Notes: a model not told the origin generated them from the letters alone. A stretch of 64,000 nt of DNA from Amphiscolops sp. MND2022 (GCA_964187785.1 OZ076409.1:7194001-7258000); one strand, 5' to 3'. Counted from the first letter of the stretch, positions 48,926 through 61,323 are shown. A program made the numbers and translations.

Positions 48926-51900
48926 TTAAGATTTAGAAGTTCCAGGAGCGTTTATATTGGAGGACTGATTGGCGTCTGATCCACTCGTGGGCTTGAAGCA
49001 AACCTTTCTACTCTTCTCGGGGGACGGCTTGCGGGATTTACCTCCTTCTTTCGATGAGGAACTTGAGACGCACTCAGGGTCGGGCCGGACACCTTTACAC
49101 AGAGCTTTATATACAGCGACCAGAGTCTTGTGAAAATTAGCCCTGCCAAAGCTGTCAACGTGAGTCCAAGGATCTCCGGGGACATTGCCGCAGCTGAACC
49201 GCAACTCCAGATCTTTGAATGTACCCAGGGAAGCTTCAGTAGTGCAAGCAGCTACTGCGCTCGAAACGTTGGCGAGATAAGACTGGGCGGGCATGATTAT
49301 GTCGAACAGCCGACTGCGGGGTTCACTACAATCGACCCCAGAAAACTTGACGGCTGGGAGCTCTGGCGATTTGGATGTGAGGCACAAACAGCTCAGTTGG
49401 AAGATGTGGAATAAATGTTTGCGCATCTTCAGCTCTGGCATTCCCATCAAGGTCACAACCATGTCTGTGAAGACCTCTGGGGTGTTCTTGGCTCCAGAGT
49501 TGACTTCCCGAAAGTACTCTAGAAATTCGACGTACTCGTCGCGGATGTCGGCCTCTGAGGAATTCTCCAACCACCCTCGCAGGCTGAAGGAACGGTGGAG
49601 CGCGGAAAAGCAATATGTGGCCTGCTCAAGAGGCAGGTTCAGGAGGGCTACCGGGTCGAAACTGGCTAGACCCCTGACGATACCAGCATTGAGGCTAATA
49701 TCGGCCAAAAAGACTTTCAGCAGGTAGACGAGGTAGCTTCGGGCCTTGGTGGCGAACTCGTCCCGGGTGGCTTCAACGGCGGCTTCTGTCTCTTCTGGAG
49801 TCAACTGCTTTTCGCTGTAATTTCTCTTTACTCGCGCAAGACAACAGGCATCGAGATTCTCTTTCAGCTTCAGCCGACTCAGGAAATCGCGGTTTGACAA
49901 CTGCTTCCAATTTTGTCCCTGCATGTCATCCAGGGCCTTCCAGTCCAAAATCTCTGGAACATGCTTGGGAAGCAGTGCACGCGCAGCTAACTTGCGGATG
50001 AAGGTGTGGAATTCCCGGAAGGTGTAGAATCCACTGTCCCTTCGCTGGGCAAACTGGCTCTCGAAGCTCTTGGTGTCTGGAATACAAAATATATATGATT
50101 ACCCTAATTGGTCCATTCTACAGCTACGGACCTAAAGTTGGCAGTCTACTACATTTTGGTCAGGTTTCTTGTAAAAGCAAACAAAAATAGGACTCTGTGG
50201 CCATGTGACAAGACAAAAGAGGTAGATACTAACAATCACGAACGATCCGCGCGAAGAATTCCAGTTTGATGATGAAGAAATCATCACCGATGATCTCCCA
50301 TTCCAAACTCTGGGGTTTGTGTTTGACACCCTGGTGCACTTGTGGGGGAGCAATCTTGGTGAGATACTGGTGGATGGCCTTCCAGTTCGCGATCAGTTCG
50401 GAGCATATGGCGGGCACGGCAGAAATCTCCAGATGGCAGGTCGACATAGCCTATAGACAATATCAAAATTAAAATCAACCTATGGTTGGACCTACAGTCG
50501 ATGTGACGTTGTCCTTACCTTGACGAATTCAGGCATCAGTGCAGCCCAGGGTTGTCCGCTGCAACCGTCTAGAAAGGTGACCAGAAACTTCAGCTGCGAG
50601 AAGAAGCTAATGGCCCCAAACACGCTGCCCCATCGCTCGTGCATCATGCTGGGCAGACTCAGTGCATCGAATCGGAAGGGGTACTCTATTCCCTTCTGGA
50701 AGAATTGAGAACGCTCAAGCAGAGGGATCAATTCTGCGGGACACCCAGACACACTCACGATTTGAGGCTGAGCGGACAACACGGACAAGAGGCGAGAAAG
50801 AGCAAGCAGGAAGCCTGCAGCAGGTTCCGAGGCTGTGCGATAACGCAGTAGTCGGACAACGTTGAGACAGTCGCCCTTCCAGAATCGGATTGACACGAAA
50901 CTATAGGTGCCTCGTGTCTCAAACTCCAAGGAGTACTGTCCAGTGACGCTGACGTGGTACGCAATGTCCGCGATACCGCAGAGGAAAATGTGATGGAAGA
51001 TCGCCTAAAATGAACCAATAGGGATGAAAATATGCTCAGGCTATAATAGCCTGAAGGCTCTTGAGGCTTAAAATGGATGATACTTACAGTCAGCGTGGTA
51101 GAACCCCAATCGTAGGGGGAGAACAGGTTCTGGTGATTGGTCACGGTGCCAATCTGCGCCCACAGCAGCTCGAGGACATGGAGGTCTCCGCATCGGGGAG
51201 CGAAGAGGGCTACCATGGAGATTTGGACGCACAGTCTGATTTCCTCCTGCCCAGCAACAGATCCTAGCCCGGCCATGTGGTCCTCGTAGAACGGATAACT
51301 ACATCCCATCTCGACTAGGGGAACCTGCATGAAAAAGGGTTTCTCACGCTCTAGCTCAAGAGGGGTCAGCACTTGTCCTTTCTTCCCTCTGACTTCATGG
51401 ACAATTCGACCAGTCACTGCGTCCTTCTTCTTCAGGTGTTCGTATCTCCAGCGCTGGTCCTTGCGGAAATGAGCCTCGCACTGGAAATGCCGCACAATCT
51501 CTCGGGCGCCTTTGGAGAACATGGACACGTTGGTCTTGCATATCTGGCAATAAAACTTGTGTTTATTATGCTCAGGGTCCAACGGTCCAGTAACAAAAGT
51601 CCGAGTCCACTGTATTCCCTTGAAATAAGCCTCCTTCATTATTTTGCCACTTCGGGCAGGAACTCGGCGGCGCTTGCGGGGAGGACTAACGGCAGAAGCT
51701 TGATCCCCTGTCAAGGTAGCTAATGGCTCATAGTCCGTGGAGCAGAACCCAGGACTAGGAACTTGCTGGCTGGTTGACGGCCCACTTACACTGAGGGAAT
51801 CTTGAGCAGGAGGACTAGGAGGAGGGGCAATGTTGAGTTCTTTTCCGGTTCTTCGAGAATTCACCACGAACTCATCCTCAGAACTGAGGGCTCCACTTGT

Positions 51901-52863
51901 GTACCCTTCGGTACCAGCGTCACTATCCAGTCCATCTAATCCAGGACTGTCTGACTTCTTGCGGAAGCACTTGACTCGTTGCCGATTAGGACTCTGTTGA
52001 ACATTCTGTGACCTGATTCCTACTCGGATGGCTGCTTCCAAGATGTTCTTCATCTGATGAAGGGATGAAGTAATGGTCTCAGAGGACACAGCGCGCAGAA
52101 TAGAATGTACTTGGCCCTGATTAAAGGCCACTGTGGCATGCCCGACTGGAAGGATACTCGGATTCGTTTCGCTGAAATGTTGATTGATGAGGGTCCGAGC
52201 AGAAGCAGACAAAGGCCTAGTAGGGCTAAGAAGCTTCGGGGACGGAGCATCAGGCAACCCAGCTGAAGTCGACGGTCCAGCCTCCTTGAGGACTTCAGTC
52301 TCCACAACGCTCAAATTCTCCATGTTAATCAGGAAAGGGGATTCTTTAAGGGTCTCTGCGCCAGAACTGTCAAGCAACTCTTCGTTGTCACTTGTGTCAG
52401 TTTGGAAATAATCTGCCTTAGCGACAGAAAAGCCAGTTTCACTTTGGATGTCAGCCGCAGGGTCGACATCGACTTCACCCGACTCCTGATTGGAGGCTTC
52501 TCCCACTACCTGAGGGATGGGGTCCGACTCGGAGGCTTTCTCAATAGCTGGATGGACAGCCTTATCTGCAATAGCAGTGCTAGTAGGGGGCAAGAAGGAG
52601 ATGTCAAGACCAAGGCCCTGGCAACCCAAAGTCTGCAGTTGACGGTCAATGTAGGCGGAAATGCTTTCATCCGTAGAAGGGCTTGGGGTCGGAGCAGTCT
52701 TATCAGGATTATCTCCTGGCGGCACAAGTTGTGTGGACTCAGTGTCTACAGTGATCGAAGTGGCCTGACTGGTACCAGCTTCTTCGGGAATGGCAACTTC
52801 TTCTTCAGCCATGGATGCAGTAGCAGTGGCAGGAACAATATCATTTCGCTCTTCGGACGACAT
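48926..52863 (-). CDS. Antisense 4-exon gene, ~1209 aa, BED-finger hAT-transposase-derived protein
   Basis: Exons 52863-51088, 51004-50519, 50450-50234 and 50076-48926 are joined by GT-AG introns into one uninterrupted frame; FYCQIC...IVRHFQCEAH finger. An alternative ATG lies at 52917. Confidence 0.85.
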
Positions 52864-54117
52864 GTCTAAACAGAAAGAGATAAACTCAAGCGGAAAACTT
52901 CCTGAGAAAGAGTCCATTACCGCATTAAAAATCTTCCGGAAGTAGATATTTCGAACTCAAGTGAACACTTGTGTTATGGGACAGGAAGTACGTGAATGAA
53001 ATGAGAGCCCTGATCAAGCCTCAGATTAATTCATTACTAAAATAGAAACAAAACCTGAAAAGCTACTGACCTGTTTGAATGCAAAGAAGGATGTCTTGAG
53101 AGGGGAGTGCTGTGGACAGTTAGACTGGTGGTCACTGAATTGAAAGCTGAGCGATCAGTAGAGGAGGATGACGAAGCTGGACTGGTGACAATACAGCAGC
53201 AGTTGTGAGGAGAAGACAAATTCTTCTTTGATGAGGGACAAGAAAGATTACTGGAGATGAATTAGCGAAAAGGGACTCAGTGTCGATTGTCCTAGGATGA
53301 CCCAAGAAATCCACAAAAGACGTAATCGGAAGAAATTACAAATGAGTACTTCAAATGAATACGGAGTAAATACGACTAGAAGACTAAAAGACTAAAGACG
53401 ATTAAATACTGGACGATAATACAAAGAGTAACTGGAAAGAATTTGAAAAGAATGAATTCAAAAGAGAATTGGCAATGTGACAAGATGTCAAAGTTGGAGT
53501 TCGTGGCTATACAGTTTGGTGTCAAATTTACAAGATATTTACAATTTACACTATTATGTGGATAGAGTCTGCCAGCGATATCTACATTCTTTCATTTATC
53601 TTATTTCGAAACTTTACCATTTTATAAAATATTTCATGATTTTACCAGGATTTTATTTAATTTCAGGTCATTTTATATTATTCCTTATATGGATTTACGC
53701 CCTTGGGGAGCCATTTTTACTCAAGAGAAATTTTGCTGCATTCCTATTGGTTGATCAGAAACGCTGATGGACGGCGTGGCCGTCTGCCATAGCTTCACCC
53801 TCTTGAAACTTTTAAGTGCTTGTTGAGTGTTAATAAACACTTGAAGCGACGCTCTTAATATGGAAGTGTTGATAGAGTTGATGTATGTCAACAAAGCCTC
53901 AGTCGGCATTTTCAAAGAAGACTGAGCGGCTAGTTAATAGACTCTAGAAAGAAGGAATTTTGTTATTGAAAATTTAGTCAGCAAGGAAGGGAGAAACCCC
54001 GGGAAACTGAAACGAAAACTCCCGCAAGTCGACAGAAGGGGAAACCGCCATTGTTTCAGTTTCACTTTTGAAAATCAGCAGCTTCTCAAAACTCAAGATT
54101 TAAAACCTTTCAGTCAA

Positions 54118-54984
54118 TTGTCCAAGATAGCTAAAAAACTGATCATGGATAAATTCCTGGCAAGTCACTTCGACTGTGATTCTCCTCAATATTACCCCGA
54201 GGACTTTCAGGGGGCAGCGCCCGGAGACGGAATAATATACATATCATCGGACGACGACATGGAATGTGTCAGCAGCGCATCTGTTGACGACCTAGAAAGC
54301 CTGTCTGACGATGATGAGATGGCCCTCCTGGCTCAATGCGTGGAGAGACAGATGGAGCTTCCATCGACATCAGAAGCAATTTCCATCCCTTCCTCTGCCA
54401 ATAAGCAGGAAGTGACACGCGCCGCGACTCCCAGACTAGCGTACGTCCCTGGGCCTATGTTCGACGCTGGCTATTTTGACTTGGGAATGGGCAGAGGGCC
54501 GATTGCGAGAGACCCGCGACTAAGGAATGATCACCCAATCAATTTGTGTAGCCAGCTAATCCCTATGGTCGACACGCCTATGTCTCCTCCAGCCGTCGAC
54601 AAATATCCGTCAGGCGACTGGAGAATAGCAGCGGAAGCCACTACTAGTAGCAAACAAGAACATGCCAACGGAATACACTTCAGGGGACCAAGTGGCGCAG
54701 ATAACCCCTACATCTCAGGATGTACAGACTGCCTCGTCTGCGGGAAATCAGTCGAACAGATTCAAGACGAGGCAGTCATCGACTACCTTCATAAAACAAC
54801 CATCCAAGGAGAATCGGCCCTTCAATTCAACGCAAGAAGGCCAGCCTTCCTAGAAGGAATGAAGGTGGGATGTTTTATGCTCATTCCAGGGGGAGTGTCC
54901 CAGGCGTCCGCCTGTGATGGAAATCTTTATACAATTAGTCACGACTACAGGAAGGCGCAGCCCAACACCCTCCCACTGAATTAA
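54118..54984 (+). CDS. Additional sense ORF of element 3 (~280 aa, unknown function)
   Basis: Intact ORF (first ATG 54145); acidic N-terminus with IIYISSDDD; CTDCLVCG motif; runs through the PPT into the 3' LTR. Confidence 0.75.
   Translation: MSKIAKKLIMDKFLASHFDCDSPQYYPEDFQGAAPGDGIIYISSDDDMECVSSASVDDLESLSDDDEMALLAQCVERQMELPSTSEAISIPSSANKQEVTRAATPRLAYVPGPMFDAGYFDLGMGRGPIARDPRLRNDHPINLCSQLIPMVDTPMSPPAVDKYPSGDWRIAAEATTSSKQEHANGIHFRGPSGADNPYISGCTDCLVCGKSVEQIQDEAVIDYLHKTTIQGESALQFNARRPAFLEGMKVGCFMLIPGGVSQASACDGNLYTISHDYRKAQPNTLPLN
54888..54895 (+). promoter_or_regulatory. PPT of element 3
   Basis: AGGGGGAG directly before TGTCCC. Confidence 0.75.
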
Positions 54985-56469
54985 GTCTTACAAGCAAAAC
55001 TATATTTGTTGCCTTAAAAGTCATGTAAAATCCTATATATTTCATTTTGTACAAGCTATATTATGTAATTCTATGTATTAATACGAGTTAATTGGACACC
55101 AAGGCGTACAGGTAAAGGAAACGCGTTCAAATGTTTTCTTGCCTGTCGCCTTGGTCCGCAAGTCCGATTAACTCGTCATCCAATCATAGCGCAGTGTTAT
55201 GTAACCTTTACTCGTGCTAGCATAATAGATTAAAGGACTAGACAGCTATATGCCGCCTGCTAATAAAACGCCGGGCTGTACCAGTCTATTGGACACTGAG
55301 TCCGCGCTTTAATTGAGAGTGCTATTCTAACTAGCAGTACTGGTTATGTAATAATTAATCTTTTGATAACTAATAAAAGGCGCTATTGGTCCTCAAAGGA
55401 CTGATTTAATATTTTAGACTTAGTTTGATGGTGTTGCTTCGTATGTAATTTGCGCAATATATTTAGTTTAGAATATATGTAAAATTACTATCTATACATG
55501 TAGTAAGCATTTCATACATGTAATATGTATTTCATACATGTAGTACGTTGCTTAGTATGCATGTAAGCAGTTGCTTGTCCTAACGGACTCATGGTCCCGC
55601 CACCATATTTGCCGCCAAAAGGGACCTTTGATCTATATGATGTAATGTTGACGTTGCCTGCTTTTTATAGATTGTAGCTATATTTAGAAAACCCTTAAGG
55701 CTATTTTTAGAATATGATCACCATTTTATTGAGTGTCATGTAGATTCAAATATATATATAACCGGGACTGGTGGTCCCGGGGAGAGAATTATTCTGATGA
55801 TACTTTGATACGTTACTGTTGCATTACTGTTGCGAATTGTTTATTAAAACTACCCGTTCATTTTCACTTTGCAAGCCCGAGATATTAATTTAAATTCTTG
55901 CCTCTTGCAATAATCTCTTATGCCTTCTACTAGACGTCAAAAGGCTAAAGCTAGGAGATCTAGAGAAATGGACATGCTGTCCGACTATGATAACCTAGAC
56001 GTGATGTTGGGAAATGAAAATAATAATCCCATTGAAAGAGAACTAGCCGATGTGATAGATCAGTCATCGGCCCACGGGGACGATGATACAAACGTGTACC
56101 ATGAAAATGAGTTTAGAGATTACTTACATGAAAATGAACCTTTGAGGCAAAATGAAGTCAGGCAATCCTTTGAGGCCTTTTCAAGTGAGTTTAATCTTAG
56201 ATTGTCTCAAGAAATGGAATCTATGATGTCAATAATGCATAGCCAAATAAATAGGGCTATAACAACAGCTATAGCTGAAAGAGTTATTCCAGAAATCCAG
56301 AATGTTGCGAACTCGATGTCCTCTATGGGACACAGGGACACTGAGGCCAGTTCGTCCCCAAATAGTCAGGAGAACAGGGAAAGCGCACCCGGGCCTAAAA
56401 TAAAAATTGCAAAGAAAGATTCAAGATCTGTAGGTGACTGAAGAGATACCATGGGTCATGGTTCTTACA
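54896..56469 (+). repeat. 3' LTR of element 3 (1574 bp); carries a 173-aa Gag N-terminal ORF at 55920-56441
   Basis: Direct repeat of 40898-42469. Confidence 0.96.
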
Positions 56470-57204
56470 GTATGTAAAACAAACTTTGAGCCTGGCTTCA
56501 TCATAAAAGTTTTAGCATTTCAACTGTATGTAATTCATAAGTTCTGTCAATCATCCCCATTTTAGATTTATTTTAGTTGTTTCACTTCTCATTTATATCG
56601 TTGAATATACGAGATACATCAAACGTTCGAACCTTTGTTGTTTAAAGAAAATACTGCCAATGTAATGCCAGGCAAATTTTTCCTTTTAAAAGCCTTTTCT
56701 GATTGTTTAGACGGACTTTGGATTTTCGATTTCCCAACAAGAAGCACCAGAAGATTTCCAGTCTCTATGGGACACAGGGACACTGAGGCCAGTTCGTCCC
56801 CAAATAGTCAGGAGAACAGGGAAAGCGCACCCGGGCCTAAAATAAAAATTGCAAAGAAAGATTCAAGATCTGTAGGTGACTGAAGAGATACCATGGGTCA
56901 TGGTTCTTACAGTATGTAAAACAAACTTTGAGCCTGGCTTCATCATAAAAGTTTTAGCATTTCAACTGTATGTAATTCATAAGTTCTGTCAATCATCCCC
57001 ATTTTAGATTTATTTTAGTTGTTTCACTTCTCATTTATATCGTTGAATATACGAGATACATCAAACGTTCGAACCTTTGTTGTTTAAAGAAAATACTGCC
57101 AATGTAATGCCAGGCAAATTTTTCCTTTTAAAAGCCTTTTCTGATTGTTTAGACGGACTTTGGATTTTCGATTTCCCAACAAGAAGCACCAGAAGATTTC
57201 CAGT
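56321..57204 (+). repeat. 442-bp tandem duplication spanning the LTR end, TSD and flank
   Basis: 56321-56762 equals 56763-57204. Confidence 0.92.
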
Positions 57205-57738
57205 GAGTTAATTTCATATCAAAAATAACATTTCATGTCCCAATTTTGCTTCGCTTTCGTTAATCGTCCTAATGCTCAATCGGTTTTGCTTTTTTTAAAC
57301 TTGTGAACAGGTGTAGTTTTTAGATATCACTCTATATGTGAAATTGTTCCATTGATAAGCCATTTTAGATGTAAATTGTCTCCTCTTTTTTCCATAAATT
57401 ATCATCAGTCTAAGCTACTGTGTCTTTCAATATCTAACTTCCCAGGTGGCGAGCAGGAATTTTATGATAAAGCATGGCTAAACTGTCCTGTCAATCTCAG
57501 TACAATCAGATTTTGAAACTTCACTATTACAGAGAAAATAAGATCACCGGCATAAGGCTAAGCACCGGGATATTTTCCGCCCTTTTCGCCTTCAGCAACT
57601 GAGCCATATCTATTTTGGGAGGGGGGAATAGGATCTAAAGAATAAGATCTAAATTTTAGTGATTTTAGATCTTTTTCGCTTTAGATCTTATCCTCGTCTT
57701 GAAATTTAAGATCTTATTCCCGTTAGATCATATTCCCA

Positions 57739-58501
57739 TTTTTAGTCGGCGCATTTTATCAAAATGAGCCCGACTATGACAGTGGCAAGTTTTTTTTTTC
57801 TTTTTTTTTCGTCAGACCACAGAATGTATGCGTAGTGGACACTTTTTACAGAACTACTAAAAGTACTGAACCGGCAAGCGGAACCACATCTGAGTTACTG
57901 CAAAGGGTCCCCCCTTTCGTGTACTCAATTTTTAACGTAAGATACAAAGCCGGACGGGACTACAGGGTCCACCCTTTGAATTTTTTTCGGCACTGTGCGA
58001 CTTTTTTTTCGAATTTTCTTTTGTCGCCAAACGGTCCCCCCTTCAAGTTTTTTGATATTTTGCAGCAAACTGAAGTTTCAAAAAGCCCAAAGGGTCCCTC
58101 CTTTCTAGTTTTTCGGCACTGTGAGACTTTCAAAATTCTCATTTTTCGTTTTTTTGAATTTTTTTCAAAAAATTTTCAAATTTTTCTTTTGTCGCCAAAC
58201 GGTCCCCCCTTCAAGTTTTTTGATATTTTGCAGCAAACCGAAGTTTCAAAAAGCCCAAAGGGTCCCCCCTCTCTAGTTTTCGGTACTGTGAGACTGTTTC
58301 AAATTTCTCATTTTTCGTTTTTTCGAAAGTTTTTTCAAAAAAATTTCCGAATTTTTTTATTGTCTCCTTCAATTTTTTTGATATTTTGCAACAGACTGGA
58401 TTTTCAAAAAGCTGAAAGGGTCCCCCCTTTTACAAGTTTAAAAACTTAGCGCTTTCTTGAGCCTTAGATATAGCGCCCACTTTAGACGTTCCCGTCTTGT
58501 T
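57739..58501 (+). mobile_element. HINE/Helentron-like repeat with internal tandem duplication
   Basis: TTTTTAGTCGGCGC...GAGCCCGACT start; ATAGCGCCCACTTTAGACGTTCCCGTCTTGTT end. Confidence 0.7.
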
Positions 58502-58503
58502 AC

Positions 58504-58508
<5 letters not shown>

Positions 58509-58578
<70 letters not shown>
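58509..58578. repeat. (GA)35 microsatellite
   Basis: Directly visible. Confidence 0.98.
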
Positions 58579-58581
<3 letters not shown>

Positions 58582-59795
58582 CTTGAATCATGTTCATCGA
58601 GTCAAGTTATAGCCATGTAATTAAAATGTGAAGATTGTGGAAATTTGGCAGGGGTTGCTGTTCATGGGTTGCATCTAAAATGACCTTGAGGTCCTTCCGT
58701 AACCTTAAAGTTGTTTGTCCTCATCCAAAGTTGCTACATGCCAAGCTATATCATCCTAGGGTCAATGGCTCCCGAGTTACATGCTATGCGTATGGTTTGT
58801 TTACTTTAGGCGGTGACCCCCGCCTGGGTTACAAACAAGGATCCATTCTCGTTAGTATTCAACTACAATCGATATTCCGGTTCGTTTGAGGTATTACAAG
58901 CCAAGTCAAATGTCATTTATCCGTCGAGCCTGCGAGTCCGGTTCCGAGTGCCTTAAACAAACATTACTCCGCTCATGGTGGACCGAATAATATATCTTCT
59001 ATGTATATTACTTAGGATTGCTAGGTGAACTTTTTAGGTAAGTTTCATGATCCTCAGTCCTCAGCTCATCTGGTGGTTTTTTACATAACATTCCGGTTTT
59101 TTTTACATTAGGTCCGTGCTCCTCAAACGTGCGTCGTAGGGTTCCGAAATTATACGCAAACGTCTTAATATCCTGTCGACTACTAATTCCATACATAACA
59201 TGACTTATTCCGTGCTTGGTCGACGAGTTCGTAGGGGGGTTGACCTAGGTCACTTCCGGTGCTAATAGCCCGGGGCTGGGCTCGGTTCCGTTTTTATAAA
59301 CACGTAGCATAACAGCTCAGGTGAACCAAAATTCAGGTCTCTACGAATAATAGTCTATGAGAAAAACCATTTGGGGGGGGGTTCCAATTTTATGACCATT
59401 GGTTTTTCATAGTGTACCTTAGAATATTTCCGACCAAAAGTGGGACTTAGTAAAATTCGCTCTCGGAGACCAACTCTGACTTAGCCGATTCGAATTATTT
59501 CATTGTTGACGTCACTCACTAGCTCGTTAATTTTGCCTAAGAAGTTTCATTTACTAAGTGAACATCTGGTTTGCCAAATCAGCTTTATTGAAGCACGCTA
59601 TTGTCATCCTTTGTAGCTGTTTTCTTTGTTCCGACGGTCGAAAAACGTAATTAACATAGTTCTGTCAATCGTATGTACTTCGCGCAAAAGCCATGGGAAT
59701 TTTGTAGACAAAGCAGAGGAGTGAAAACGTTTCTTATATCCGAATATTTCTTTTATCCGAGTTCGACTGTATTTTACTTGCCTGATTGTGAACAG

Positions 59796-59996
59796 AAACT
59801 CACTCAAGTTGGCTGTTTGCAGGGATTCACTGGATCGACACAAGAAGCTGATCCGGGCTGTGGATACGCCCACTCTGGAACAAGTGGTCAACGGGAAGGC
59901 CCCTTTTCCCGAACAGCTGCGGGTACTGTTGCCAGGGATGAGACGTCACTGATGATTATGAGTCATCGATCGAAAACGGTCATTTTCCCTAGTTGA
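59796..59996 (+). CDS. Putative host gene terminal coding exon E
   Basis: CTGATTGTGAACAG acceptor, phase 0; KLTQVGCLQG...KTVIFPS-stop; GC-richer island. Confidence 0.42.
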   Translation, partial: KLTQVGCLQGFTGSTQEADPGCGYAHSGTSGQREGPFSRTAAGTVARDETSLMIMSHRSKTVIFPS

Positions 59997-61323
59997 AACG
60001 GCTTGAACCTTTTATATGATTTCAAAGGCTACCAAGCACTTTTAGCATGATTTTGGGAGTTTCAGAGAGAATCATTAATGCTAAATATTTCCCTCCCCGA
60101 TGCAATGCTATTTCTCCTGCTTTTTATTAGGATTTCTATACAATTTGGCGTGTTTTCGGAGCAACATCAAGGAAATTAAAGAAAAAACTCCCGCGAAATT
60201 TTGCATGTTTCAATAAAGGCTTCAACTTCGATGAATTTTTTGTGCATGCATTCATGTCATTGATGCATCGAAACTTCTGATCTTGCAATTTTTTTCCTCA
60301 ACCGTTTTGTCGTCGGTGAAAAAAATGGATCAATAAACAACAAGTTCCCCAAGCTTGACTTATTTAAAGGTTTGGGTATGAAGTTTAAAACAATTCTCGA
60401 CTTTTCATCCCTATTGATACCAGCAATCTCGTATCCTCAGATTTTGCAAAACCTCAGCCAAGAATTGGCGGCTAGAAAAAAGAAACAGGTAAGTTCGATT
60501 CGATTTTTGACTACTTCACTGAACCGTTAACTGTTATGAATAATTAACAAGACGCCCGCTGAGGAGCGGGATATTTTCCGCCCCGAACTGTTCTACAACT
60601 ACATAAATTTGAGGCTCAAGAATAACTAATGCACTATAAAAACGCTGAGAAGTTCGAAGAAAAGAAAGCTTCGATTCATCTTGTCCATTTTTCTAATTCG
60701 CGGTGTCTCAAAAAATGGCAAAAATTGCATAAAAATGTTTAAAAATGAGAAATTTGGGAATTTTTGTCATTTTCGGGGTCATTTTGTCATTAAGGGGTCA
60801 TTTTGTCATTAAGGGGTCATTTTCGTCATTTTCGTCATTTTTTAAAAAAACTTCAAAAATCTCTACAAATACATATCGCACGAAGCTAAATTTATGTCGG
60901 TTGAATTCTATGGGTAACACCCTTAAATTTAAATATAAATAAAATCTTGGCAAATTTTGTAAAAAAAAACCCGTTTGATTTAAATATTTTCCTTTCCCAT
61001 ATGAAATATGGGCGGAAAATAATAATTGGATTAATAATAGCTGTTATTCTAAAAAACTTGGTGTCTAACTGGGCAAGTCAATCTGAAAACTTGAACCGGT
61101 CAGTTAGGTTACCAGACGAAAATGCCCCAATCAAAAGCACACCCGGGGGTATCAAAAATTAATTGCGCAACGAAAAATAATTTAATTGCAATTATATATA
61201 ACGATAAATCAATTAACTGGGCCAAAAAATATTAATTGAAATTAATTGCACGACAAACTAGTTTTTTGTCCTAGTACTTTTTGATCAATTTGAGGAACAA
61301 CTGCGTTTCCAAATTTGAAGGAT

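Larger units (their letters stand above)
40898..56469 (+). mobile_element. Ty3/Gypsy element 3, full length (15.6 kb)
   Basis: TG...CA LTR pair, TSD GTATG at 40893-40897 and 56470-56474, PBS, PPT, gag-pol. Confidence 0.97.

Noticed and set aside
48926..54984. env gene in the post-pol position
   Set aside because: No evident signal peptide or TM anchor; the main gene is antisense and spliced.
58620..59320. Possible solo LTR
   Set aside because: No TSD-supported TG...CA boundaries and no second copy in the window.
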